Shown here in pieces: positions 51,801 to 62,280 of a stretch of DNA of 64,000 bases. Under the pieces are notes generated by a model. The model was not told the DNA's origin. It saw only the letters and a program-made list of their open reading frames with translations, and did not search any database. The stretch lies in contig JAHRHZ010000085.1 in NCBI GenBank assembly GCA_024137785.1, positions 2,170,279 through 2,234,278 of the forward strand. The letters run 5' to 3'. Position numbers and translations under genes: made by a program. The DNA comes from Ginglymostoma cirratum. Lineage: Eukaryota. How positions within the stretch are numbered: position 1 is the first letter of the stretch; each line of letters starts with the position of its first letter.

Positions 51801-54800
51801 GTTCAGACACATATGTATCATATGAACTCACTTTATTAATTCATAACATGTAATTGGTATTTCAACCCAATAAATTAACCATATACTGAAGTACACGCGC
51901 CTTTCTATCATCATTTTGATCAGACCTACAAGAACCAGTTAGGACTTTCCACCCAACAAGACATTGGGCATTGCGAGCAGCATCGGAGGAAAATGTCCAA
52001 CAAGATGGTACTTTGGATGTGGAAACATTGTGTCCCGGGATGTTCATTTAATGATTAGTTCAGTGTGTTAGGTTGCCTGTAGCTGGGAAAGGGATTGGGA
52101 ACAGAATCCCGAGGCATAACTCTGTGCAATGAAGGGCAATCTGTGGGAGGTAGGTTTCCCAAAGCAAACCAAGGGGTCACCCACATGGGGTGGATCCTGC
52201 TGAGCGACCTCCCGTATGCTGCCCCGGGAGGTGCGAGATTTGAAGGAGGTGAACGGGTCATTGACCGCTGCGCTGGCCGTAGCAGAAGCTTGCGCTGAAG
52301 GAGGCGGCTTGGACTGGTCAGGAAAGAACAGATAAAGTCAAGCAGAAGCAGACCGGTAGAGCTGGCAAATTGGTCACAGTCCAGCACAAAAAGTGGGCAA
52401 ACCGGGGAATCCAGCTAATGTGCCCTTTTTATTCGCTTCAACTGATCGGGTCCCCGATCACTGGGACTGGTATTCGTCCGATTTGGAGTACGCGGGGGCT
52501 GATGTTGAAGGATTCCCTAATGGTGATAACGTGCCAGTTAGCGCGCCCGTTAGTAACTAATACAGCTAAAGGTCACGGCCAAAAGGCCCCACACAGCATG
52601 CTCGCATTGTGCGGGATTACTCACTGACAGAATTGCAGGATTTGGGGAAAAGAATTTCCGTCAGAAAGCAGGGCACTGGGACCTTGGCGATCTCGGCTGT
52701 GGGACTCCATGGTGTCTAATGTTTCTCTCAATAATGAGGAGTCTGGAATATGGGAGGGTTGTTTCCAAATGAAGTCACGTATAATGCTCTGAATGGGGCC
52801 CATGGGCCTGGAACATCAGCTGCATGATCACGTGTAGCAGTGAGAACTAAGTATCTGGACACCATGGAATGGGAGCTGGAAGCAGTCCTGTGGCGTACAA
52901 TATCACTGGGAAGTTCCTGATTGAGACAGTTAGTTACACAAACGGGACTGTTCACGAACAATTTCCAGGGATGGACCAAGATGCTTCCACAACCCGAATG
53001 AGATCCAGCTCATTCAAAATGGACCAACTCATCTCAGAGGGACGCTGCTGGCAACGTTGGGGCCAGCTCAAGGCAGACCGGTCGGTGAAGTTGTCAGAGA
53101 TAAAAGGTACTGCAGATGCTGGAGAATCCGAGATAACAAGCATGGGGCTGGATGAACACAGCAGGTCAAGCAGCATCATAGGAGCAGGAAAACTTGACGT
53201 TTCGGGCCTAAATTTCTGATGAACGGTGAAGTTGTCATGTTGTTGTGGATGCGGAAATGCGTCAAGCTTATGCAGGAGAGCGGTAACAAGGGAAACCCAG
53301 GAAAGGATGTGAAGCGAAAGAAAAAAGTCAGCAAAAAGAGATGTTTGCTATTTTGTGGAAAACAGGAACAGGCAGGTCTGAAATAGACAGAAAATGCATG
53401 GTATCACCACCAGTGTTATATGTTCCCTCTGGAAGAAGACTTGTAAATCCAGTAAGGGACCAAAGGGGACATCGACCCCTCCCATGGTGTGAGACCCCAA
53501 TTCTGATTTAGGTGCTCCTTCCCAGGAAAAAAAAAGATACGTCAGAGTTTCTTCTGTACCTCACATGAGAGGATCTGGAACAGATTTGGAGAGTGAGTAA
53601 TCTCCTAGACTGGGAAGATGGCCGGGACACTGAGATGTGACTGAAAGGACGAGTCCAGAGGCCACAAGTCCCTAACACAGTTCATTGGAGAAATGGAAAT
53701 AAATAGCAAGTTATGTTCTTCCTCGGTATCTTCCAGACATGTGCGAACAAAAATGATTGTAAGTAGATTCTAGAGAGCAGAAAGACCGGTGGTGCGGACA
53801 TTGGTGCGATTGGTATTTGGGAATAGACTATCGCGGATAAATGAAACATAAATGAAAGTACCAAAGGCATGGATGTTGTGAGGGGTAAGGAACGATGGAC
53901 TCCAATAGGAAAGTATTTTTTGGTCTCTCAAGGGTGATTGTGGTCGTGGGGAAAACGAAGTATTGAGAGCACAATTAGACCATAGACTCTATCTAAGTGT
54001 TAGTGACAGCAAGGGTTGAATGAGCGATTGTCTTCCTGTATAACAACCTTGTATGGCCAGTAAATAAACCAGATGGTAAAGACGGTCGATGACTGACAGT
54101 AAAACCAACACGCCCCACGTTGGCATCAGCTGTCCCAGATATTGTAACATTACTGGAGTCACTGTAATTGGGAACTGATGAATGGTAAACCGTAAGCGAC
54201 CTAACTAATGCTTTCTTCTCCATTGCCTTTGATGAGAATTCACAGAATCAGTTTTATTTCACATGAGAGGGTAGAGTGTACACAGTTTGTAGGTTGTGGG
54301 GGGGCTACTTGCTCAGTCCAACTCTCTGCTATGGTTGAATAGCCTGGATCTGGAGATGCTGTCTCTCTCCAGCGATGTAAAAGCGATATAACAACAGATG
54401 ACATCTTGCTACGTGGCTCGTTAGAAGACGCAGTAGCCACGATCAATAGCTACGTTGACTCAGAATCGGAATAGAGACTGGGAATTTATTCCTAAGAAAA
54501 ACCAGAGCCAAGCCAGTGTGTTATTTTACTGATAATACTTTGGGCGGGGGAGACTGCGTGATTCCTGACAAAGTGAGAAATAAAGTCAGTGAGCTGCAAG
54601 CCCGGACAAATAAAGAAATCACCCAAAGCTTTTTGGCGATATTGGGTTGTTGAAGATGCAAATCCCTCGCAACTTAATTACACCTCATCGCTGAAGTGGT
54701 TTCTTACTATGACTTTGGGACACAGCACCTAAGGGAAATGTTGCTTGGCAGTGGCTCATATGCGGGGTGATTAGCTGGTGTGTGAAAATGCTTCAGATAA

Positions 54801-57800
54801 AAGGGACGCAAACCAATTTAGGGATTATTATGGTGGACCATCAATTCAGGTTCATTAAAATTTCACAGTTATCCCATCTTCAGTAGCATATCATCTGCAC
54901 CCCAGTGATCAAACCGAATATTGTTTTTACTGTCAGAGTGGAAATAACCAATGGAAATAAATTATCTTCCCATTGCCGCTCTGTAAACACACCATGAACA
55001 TTACAGAGGCGAGGCCGGAGAGATGTACTCACTATTCTAGATTGAGCAGAGGCGAGAATGCTTGTGTTAACTTCCATGGGTATTGAAGCTCTAAAAAATA
55101 AAATTGCTAAAGCTAGGCAACTAACCAAATATTAACCTATTCGTTGCGTGGACCAAATCATTAGCTCATCGAGATTAAGCAAATTGATTTTTGACTGAGA
55201 TAACAAGGTGTAGAGCTGGATGAACACAGCAGGCCAAGCAGCATCAGAGAAGCAGGAAAGCTGACGTTTCGGGCNNNNNNNNNNNNNNNNNNNNNNNNNN
55301 NNNNNNNNNNNNNNNNNNNNNNNNNNNNNNNNNNNNNNNNNNNNNNNNNNNNNNNNNNNNNNNNNNNNNNNNNNNNNNNNNNNNNNNNNNNNNNNNNNNN
55401 NNNNNNNNNNNNNNNNNNNNNNNNNNNNNNNNNNNNNNNNNNNNNNNNNNNNNNNNNNNNNNNNNNNNNNNNNNNNNNNNNNNNNNNNNNNNNNNNNNNN
55501 NNNNNNNNNNNNNNNNNNNNNNNNNNNNNNNNNNNNNNNNNNNNNNNNNNNNNNNNNNNNNNNNNNNNNNNNNNNNNNNNNNNNNNNNNNNNNNNNNNNN
55601 NNNNNNNNNNNNNNNNNNNNNNNNNNNNNNNNNNNNNNNNNNNNNNNNNNNNNNNNNNNNNNNNNNNNNNNNNNTCCTGCTCCTCCGATGCTGCTTGGCC
55701 TGCTGTGTTCATCCAGCTCGACACCTTGTTATCTCAGATTCTCCAGCATGTGCAGCTCTTACTATCTCTGGTTTTTGACTGACATGGTTTGCAAGTTTGC
55801 GGATAGCACCGTTTAGAAAATGTATCACACCGGGATAAATCCTAGTTCCAAAGCTAACTGAATAGATTGTCAGCTGCTCGAGCTGTGTAGTTACAGCACA
55901 AAGACATGAAGTGATCAATGTATTGCAATCTGTACATCTGTTGTCTTGGAAATAATTATTTCACCTCACTATTACTAACTTAATGCTTCTGCCTGTCTTG
56001 TTAAAGAGTAATTGCAATGCCACAGTACGCAATGCCGATTATTTAAAACTTAATACAGCAGCAAATATGGTGCCAGTTTATCAACCTATCTCATCAGTCA
56101 CGGGGTACGCTGCTGACATCAGTATTTTATGGCACATGGCTGTAAACAGCAATTAGACCCATTGGGAACAATAGGCCTGGTAGGCCCCTTATATTTCCCT
56201 ACCTTTGAAACATCATACAATCATTTATGAAATTGGTCTGAACCACATATTTGATTCTAGAAATCATTCTGTCCACCTTATTGATAAGAGAGAGGAACCA
56301 TCTGCCAACCTATTTCGGGACAAAACATATGTTATCTATGATGAAATTAGATATAATCACCACATAATCGAAGAATGGGAGCGATAACTGTGTATCGAGT
56401 ACAGTACCTCCAGTTGTTATATTTAAGAAATTGCAGGCTTCCCTGACCAAGCATCAGCAGGTTCGTTCTTACTTGGCAACAAAACACCATGGCTTCTTAC
56501 AGCAAGAAACTGCCATGACTTACAGCCCTGATCAATTGATTCACAAAGCAGATAATTTAGGAACCCTTTCTATGTACCATTGGTGGGTCATATTTAACGG
56601 ATGGTCACCAGAAGCTTCAGCAGTACTCTCACTGTTATGGGATCCAAACGTTTATATTATTTTTAACTGTTTCTCGTTTTTATGTATCTGTGTGATGGCC
56701 TGCAAACTATATCACATGTATCAAAAACTTGTAGCTATTGAGCAGCATGTACGCGCTTGTAAAAGGTTTTGAGAAACGATTTTGAAGACATCAATGGGTG
56801 TTGTGTCGTCCAGGCTTAAAAATGACATCTCCAAACCAGACCGTTCAGGGTTAATCATTTAAGATTAATTGCACATGAAAGTCAGCAACTGCAGACAAGT
56901 GGAAAATCACAGTTTCAGTGTGAAAAAGGCTTTCTTTGGCTGGGAGGGAACTGCATGAACTTGGGTGGGTGGAAAACAGAACAATGTACAGTTAAAATTG
57001 TCCTTGTTCAAAAAAGGGAATAGGGATAACCGCGGAAATTCAGACCAGTTAGTCTAACAGCAGTGGAGGACAAATTACAAGAAAGGGCTCGAAGAGATAG
57101 GATTTATGGTCACTTGGATAGGCACAGTTTGATTCGTGATAGTCCGCATGGATTTGTGAGGGGTAGAACATGCCTCACAAACTTTATTGAATTCGTTGAA
57201 GAGGTCCCCAAACACGTGGATGAAGGTAGCACAGTGGATGTGGTACACATGGATTTAAGTAAGGCGCTTGATAAGGTTCCCTATGGTAGGCTCATGCAGA
57301 AGACAAGGAGGCATGGGGTAGGGGAAATTGTGGCAGATTGGATTCAGAATTGGCTGACCCTTACAAGACAAATGGTGGTACTGGATGGAAAATATTCAAC
57401 ATGGTGCTCAGTTACGAGTGGTATACCACAAGGATCAGTTCTGGATCCTCTTCTGTTTGTGATTTTTGCAAATTATTTGGAAGAAGGATGGAACTGGTGG
57501 ATTAGTAAGTTCGCAGATGATATGAAGGTGTGTAGAGTTGTGGATAGTGCGGAGGGCTGTTCTAGGTTACAAAGGGACATTGATAGGATGCAGAGCTGGG
57601 CTGAGAAATGGCAGATGGAGTTTAACCCTGAAAAGTGTGAGGTGATTCATTTTGGAAGGACAAATTTGAAAGCAGAATACAAGGTTAACAGAAAGATTTT
57701 TGGTAGTGTGGAGGACCAGAGGGATCTTGGGGCTCATATCCACAGTTCCCTGAAAGCTGCCACCCAGGTGGATAGAATTGCTAAGAAGGCGTATGGTGTG

Positions 57801-60800
57801 TTACTTTTCATTAATAGAGGGATTGAGTACAAGAGCTGTGAAGTTATGCCCCAGCTATACAAAACCCTTGTTCGGCCACATCTGGAGTATTGTGTCCAGT
57901 TCTAGTTGCCTCATTACAAGAAAGGTGTGGAAGCATTGGAAAAGGTGCAAAGTAGATTTAACAGGATGTTGTCTGGAATGGAGGGAAGGTCTCAGGACGA
58001 AAGGTGAGAGCCCGAGAGCTCTTCTCTTCACAACGACGAAGGATGAGAGGTGACTTGATAGAGGTATGCAAAATGATCAGAGGTATAGAAAGAGTGGACA
58101 GCCAGAGAATATTTTCCTCGGTTGGACGTAGCTATTATGAGTGGGCATAGTTTTAAAGCGAGTGGAGGTAGATATAGGGGAGACGTCAGAGCTAGGTTCT
58201 TTCCTCAGAGAGTGGTCCGGGCGTGGAATGCCTTGCCGGAGAGTTTAGTCGAGTCGGCCTCATTAGGGGCATTTAAGTGGCTAGTAGATAGGCATATGGA
58301 TGATAGTACAAGTTTGGGGTAGAGGTTAGATAGACCTTAGGTTTAGAGTAAAATTTCGGCACAACATCGTAAGATGAAGTGCCTGAACTGTGTTGTACTG
58401 TTCCCTGTTCTAAAAAAGACACATCTGGAAGACTTTTTCAGCTTATTTTCTCCGCAGTGGAATACCAGGAAGAGTTGCTGTAAGTTTTATGAAATGGTGA
58501 TATAGCATGTGACAGTAGATTCGAAACAGTATTGATATCGGGGATTTTGCCCCATTCATTGGACTTCCACCGTTGGGTTGGTGTTCATGAGACGGGCACC
58601 GTGGAATCTCAAATAAAGTTCCAAGTGATGTCATCGCCAAAGTCCCCGCCGAGTCCGAAAGGCAGTATGAGAATCACTTCTTCATACGGATATATGCGGA
58701 GTTTAACCTAACCATTCAACTTTAACGTGTATCGAAAATTTAAAATGTCAACTACTAATTCATATGTGTATGAAGTATGAACGAAATAAATTAGCTCTAA
58801 AAATGAGTGCACCTGTATTGTAATTATTTTAGTCTAACGTAAAACAATTCGTTATAAACTTTCGACCTAACACAGAAAGATGTAATTCCACTGGGGAGGG
58901 TGCAGAGGGGATTCGCCGGGATGCTGCCTGGTTTGGAACATTTTAGCTGTGATGTTTCTGGAGAAGCATGGACTGTTTTCTTTGGGGCAGGGAAGGTTGA
59001 GGGGAGCCTACGATTGAGCTGTATACGATTATGAAGGCAGAGACAGGGTGGATGAACAACAACTGCCCACTTTAGTTTAAGGATGAATAACGTGAGGTCA
59101 TAATTTGCAGAGGGAAAGGTAAGTGGTTTACAGCTACATGGAGGATGTATTTTTCACAAAGAGGGTGTTAGGCATCAGTAACGCGCTGCCTGGGAGCCTA
59201 GTGCAGGTAACAAACCTTTCAGTAATGTACGTGGACTACGCCGTAACATTCAAGTCTCTGGGCCAAGTGCTGGAAAGTGTGATTCTTGTAAATATGAGGG
59301 CTGCACTCAAGGGACAAAAAGGCTTTTTCTGTGCTGTATATCCTGATGATATTCCTCTCACAAACGGTGAGGACTGCAGATGCTGGAATACAGAATAAAT
59401 GAATGTGGAGCTGGAAAAGCGCAGTAGGTCAGACAGCAGCGCGGGAGCAGGAATGCCATCACTTCGGCCCGAAACATTCACTTTCCTGCTCTTCGGCTGC
59501 TCTCTGACCTGCTGTGCATTTCCAGCTCCACATTTATTGACTAATTTTCCTCTCTATCTATTTGTCAGCCTTTAATGTATCCAAAAAAATAAATTTAATA
59601 CTGAATGTATCTTCGGAAATGAATTGTAACTTTGTGTATTTAATTAAAACTATGGGACCTTTCAACGACGAATATTCACTTTTGGCAGTATCTCACCTGG
59701 CAATATACTACACACATTTGGAATAAGCTAAAGAAAGGAAACCTTTGACCATACAATAGTGTCAAATTTCGGGATTGACACTATCACCGGGAAATGACTG
59801 TCGTAATAACGTTTTACTTCGTCAACCTTTTTAAACGATGCCTGAACGATTAACGTACAATGTGTCATAGAATCTTACCTTCTTTCGTAACAGTGTAGCT
59901 GGCATTTACTGGAAATGAGCTCGAAACGTGGTATACTTGACACACGTAGACTATGTCACTTTCGGGCATATTTGGCACGTCCAAGGAGCTGACCACTTCA
60001 TAAAGTCCCTCGCCTTTTATCTGTTTTACGTTTCTAAATCCAGTGAGGATTTGTGTACCGTTTCTGCGCCAAGTCAGGTTGAAGTCTTCCGGATAAAAGC
60101 CAGATGTCCTGCATTGCAGCTCGAAAGAAACAGACGAAGGGTCTTTTAAGGGTATCAACACAATGTTTAGGGGAGCTGGTGAAGCTGCATTGTAAATAAA
60201 ATTCACATAAATGTAGACATTGGACTTCTACTCCAAAACTGAAATGATTTACTGAACTAACCAACTGTTACTTCTGGGTATGGCGGCTGCATTGATCGTC
60301 ATTATTTATGCGAGTAGGGGTTGCTGTTACTTTTATCATGTAGCGACCTCCTAATGCAATTGATACATCAATTTATACTATCTTGTGTCTCTATTAATGA
60401 GTAAATATGTTCGAGTTTTCATACTGTACACTTCTCGCAATCAGCGGTTTGGGAACAGGATCGTTGAAAATGAGACGGCCGCAGTCCAAGCGAAGGGAAA
60501 GGGAAAATACGGAGTCCGTATTTTCAAATTTGAAAATAAAATGACATTTAAAGTGCTTAATAACCTCGAGACAATACATTCTGTTACTCCGTGCTTAAAT
60601 TGTAAAAGTGCTTCCTTGGAAATCTTGCATTAGCTTTCAATGTAACACAAATTTAAATACCGTTTGCTGACACAGTGCAATTTCTGAACTGTGTAGTGTC
60701 GCTGGTGATGCTTTTTTTTTAAACGGCATTATTGAACGTGTCATTCGGAAGAAGTGAACAATCTTATATTCACTGCATGCATTTAAGAACATGTAACTGC

Positions 60801-61548
60801 TAACTTGCATTTACTGTTCATTGGAACCAAGTTGACTGAACGTTTACTTTGGTAGCACTAACCGTATACTACAAGTTGCGTAGCTTGTTTCTCAGATATC
60901 CTTCCATGCTGATTTTCGAATCTACAGTAATATGTTCCCGCGTCCAGGACAGTCACATTGAAGAGTTTGAGGTCGGCTCTATGTTTCGTTACCGTGAAGA
61001 GTTTTCTGCTGTCTTCCTTCAGAAGCATCTCATTACCTTCTCTCCACCAGAAAACACTTATCTTTGAAGGGTTGGACTCGAAGGGGAAAAAGCACCGCAG
61101 GATAGCTGTTGTATTTATCAGGGTTTTTACTTGCATAATATCCGGAGTAACATCGTCCGAAGTGCAGACAGCAACTGTTAACAAAAGCCATATATACAAT
61201 GATTAAGCAGGGAAGATGAACTACAACATGAAATAAACTAATTAATCCGAGACAGTAGCTCTTTGTTTTCTCCGTCACTCTCTGAATTCCTGCCCTAACT
61301 GAACTACTGCAAATATTTTTTCACTTATTCAGAGGATTCTTAAAACAAGGAACTCAGACGTAAAAAGCATATGAAAAAAAGTGTCCGATTATCCATCAAG
61401 TATCAGTTCAATTATTCTTCCACATCAATCAAGGACATTTCAAACACTGCAGGGAGGAGCATGTACCTGGATACGAAATGCACAGAAAACATAAGTTCCA
61501 CAGCGATCCACTCACAAACATAGTGACAAAGAAACTCTGGCAGAACAT
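45678..61548 (-). CDS. Intact 6-exon Ig-superfamily receptor gene (leader-V-C1-TM-cyt-ITIM), SIRP-like inhibitory receptor, 330 aa
   Basis: Exons of 82+312+306+114+44+135 nt = 993 nt splice in frame with GT-AG junctions (phases 1,1,1,1,0). Protein: MFCQSFFVTMFVSGSLWNLCFLCISYPV...LRC..FWWR..DAGTYYC..ATQLVVY-ASP..LQCRTSGFYPEDFNLTW..YVCQVYH..-TM VAVVAGCATGALAILLCTVMVA-..LTYATL..PLYAAV..stop. Confidence 0.85.
46260..46930. mobile_element. Penelope-derived terminal-repeat fragment with inverted ends
   Basis: Begins with acaccaggttatagtcc..gaaatcacaagc and ends with its approximate reverse complement; interior resembles 8780-9330. Confidence 0.6.
48688..48731 (-). CDS. First cytoplasmic exon
   Basis: Acceptor attgccaccag|, donor GAG|GTAAAG, 44 nt, phase 1/0. 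Reads GSKEKARNPTQPKDE. A decayed homologue with matching flanks is at 20911-20962. Confidence 0.75.
49171..49284 (-). CDS. Transmembrane exon
   Basis: Acceptor tcatctcatag|, donor AAG|GTACGA, 114 nt, phase 1/1. Reads DFASKIRVAVVAGCATGALAILLCTVMVAKHFLFIISK. A homologue sits directly after the divergent C1 exon at 21919-22037. Confidence 0.85.
49830..50340 (+). mobile_element. CR1 3' end
   Basis: RRNFFTQRVVCEWN. Confidence 0.8.
50521..50803. mobile_element. Palindromic Penelope-derived mini-element with a 15-bp TSD
   Basis: TSD tacactcttagctaa at 50521-50535 and 50789-50803, with ~100-bp inverted arms. The site is empty in the paralogous sequence near position 50. Confidence 0.85.
50659..50685 (+). 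ncRNA. Minimal type I hammerhead ribozyme core
   Basis: CUGAUGA-AGGGUCAGGCCC-GAAAC-GUC. Confidence 0.62.
51103..51957 (+). repeat. 5' LTR (interrupted by a ~215-bp Penelope-derived insert at ~51300-51515)
   Basis: Collinear similarity to 56802-56997 plus 58413-58872 (e.g. gacaagtggaa, cgcagtggaat, catcgccaaagtcccc, ending in aaca). Confidence 0.75.
53083..53237 (-). mobile_element. Penelope-derived short insert in ERV gag with a 14-bp TSD
   Basis: TSD cggtgaagttgtca at 53083-53096 and 53224-53237; absent at the paralogous site near 1795. Confidence 0.82.
55188..55782. mobile_element. Palindromic Penelope-derived element in ERV env, spanning an assembly gap
   Basis: Inverted arms either side of the gap; TSD tttttgactga. 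Confidence 0.78.
55275..55674. other. Assembly gap (400 N)
   Basis: Run of n. Confidence 1.
56802..58872 (+). repeat. 3' LTR (interrupted by CR1 at ~56998-58412)
   Basis: Follows the env stop and a PPT-like tract; matches the 5' LTR. Confidence 0.75.
56998..58412 (+). mobile_element. CR1 LINE 3' fragment inserted in the 3' LTR
   Basis: 280-aa RT ORF (GIPQGSVL, FADD). Absent from the LTR copy at 23340-24293. Confidence 0.92.
59879..60184 (-). CDS. Ig C1-set domain exon
   Basis: Acceptor acaatgcag|, donor AAG|GTAAGA, 306 nt. C1 motifs LQCRTSGFYPEDFNLTW and YVCQVYH. Confidence 0.93.
60863..61174 (-). CDS. Ig V-set domain exon
   Basis: Acceptor ttgttaacag|, donor ACG|GTTAGT, 312 nt. B-strand Cys (LRC), C-strand Trp (FWWR), D-x-G-x-Y-x-C (DAGTYYC) and G strand ATQLVVY are all in one exon. 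Confidence 0.93.
61467..61548 (-). CDS. Leader/signal-peptide exon of the intact receptor
   Basis: ATG at 61548 gives MFCQSFFVTMFVSGSLWNLCFLCISYP, then a phase-1 donor CAG|GTACAT. The same frame, length and donor occur in the paralogue at 5771-5852. Confidence 0.75.
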
Positions 61549-61623
61549 ACATTGGATGTAAAAAGAGGACTGATGAAAGTTTGTTGGAACATAAGTTATG
61601 CATCGATTTTAATCACTTGCTTC

Positions 61624-61646
61624 TATATAAAGGCAAGAAGCACGTG
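61624..61646 (-). promoter_or_regulatory. Candidate TATA-like box plus E-box upstream of the intact gene
   Basis: TATATA at 61624-61629, about 80 nt upstream of the ATG, and CACGTG at 61641-61646. The TATA-containing ~20 nt is missing from the pseudogene copy near 5920. Confidence 0.3.
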
Positions 61647-61974
61647 ACTAATTCCTTGCCGAGTGCACAACATGCATGTGTTTTAATATAAGATCTTGTT
61701 GTGGTAACAGTGAGCGGAAATGATAACTCGGATAGACGTCTGCAGTTAAAGCAAAATCTAGACCCAGATGGTGAAACTACTGTCGGAGTCCGTATCCACT
61801 CACATGACCCACCAGGCTTGGGCGCAATATTGCCCGGACCAATACAAAACTCCATCCGATAATTTTTTACCCGTGTCCACATAACGATAATATTCTTTCT
61901 TTGAGAACATTTTTCTCAGAATTTCAGTTCAGCCACAGGATGCAACTAAGGCCTTTTCAAGGAAAACACATGTT

Positions 61975-62280
61975 TCGGTGTCACGGTGGCTCAGTGGTTG
62001 GCACTGCTGCCTCCCGGTGCCGGGGATCCGTTTTCGAGATGGTGATTGTCTGTGTGGAGTTTGCGTATTCTTCCCGTGTCTGAGTAGGTTTTTACCGTTT
62101 CCTCCCGCAGTCCAAAGGTGTGTAGGTTCGGTGGGTTGGTCATTGTCCACAGAGTCCAGGGACATGCAGGCGAAAGTGGGATACCCGCGGGAATGCGGGG
62201 TTGCGGTTTGGAGGTGTGACGGGGATAGGGTGGATGCTCTTCGGAGGGTCAATGCACAAGATCATAGGGATTCTATGATT
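61975..62280 (+). mobile_element. tRNA-derived SINE upstream of the intact gene
   Basis: Paralogous to 6245-6560. Confidence 0.8.

Larger units (their letters stand above)
51103..58872 (+). mobile_element. Decayed class III (ERV-L/ERV-S-like) endogenous retrovirus in the receptor's C1-TM intron, antisense to the gene
   Basis: Two diverged LTRs (~51103-51957 and ~56802-58872). PBS-like tgggcattgcgagcagcat at 51965. Gag with a degenerate zinc knuckle near 53340. RT motifs VWPVNKPDG, AVPDIVTLLE, DLTNAFFSI, GYLLSPTLC and DDILL at 54030-54420. Env furin site RGRR/DVLTIL at 55004 and HWWVIFNGWSP plus TM at 56431-56772. The element splits a single CR1 fragment. Confidence 0.85.

Noticed and set aside
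56431-56772. Domesticated, syncytin-like env gene
   Set aside because: Only the C-terminal piece is open; upstream env has stops, frameshifts and an insertion.
59879-61174. Rearranging Ig, TCR or IgNAR locus
   Set aside because: V and its G strand are in one exon, I saw no RSS or D/J segments, and the tail carries ITIMs.
61175-61199. MYIWLLLT as the signal peptide (ORF 60858..61199)
   Set aside because: The start is TTG within the acceptor tract; a proper ATG leader exon with a phase-1 donor lies at 61467-61548.
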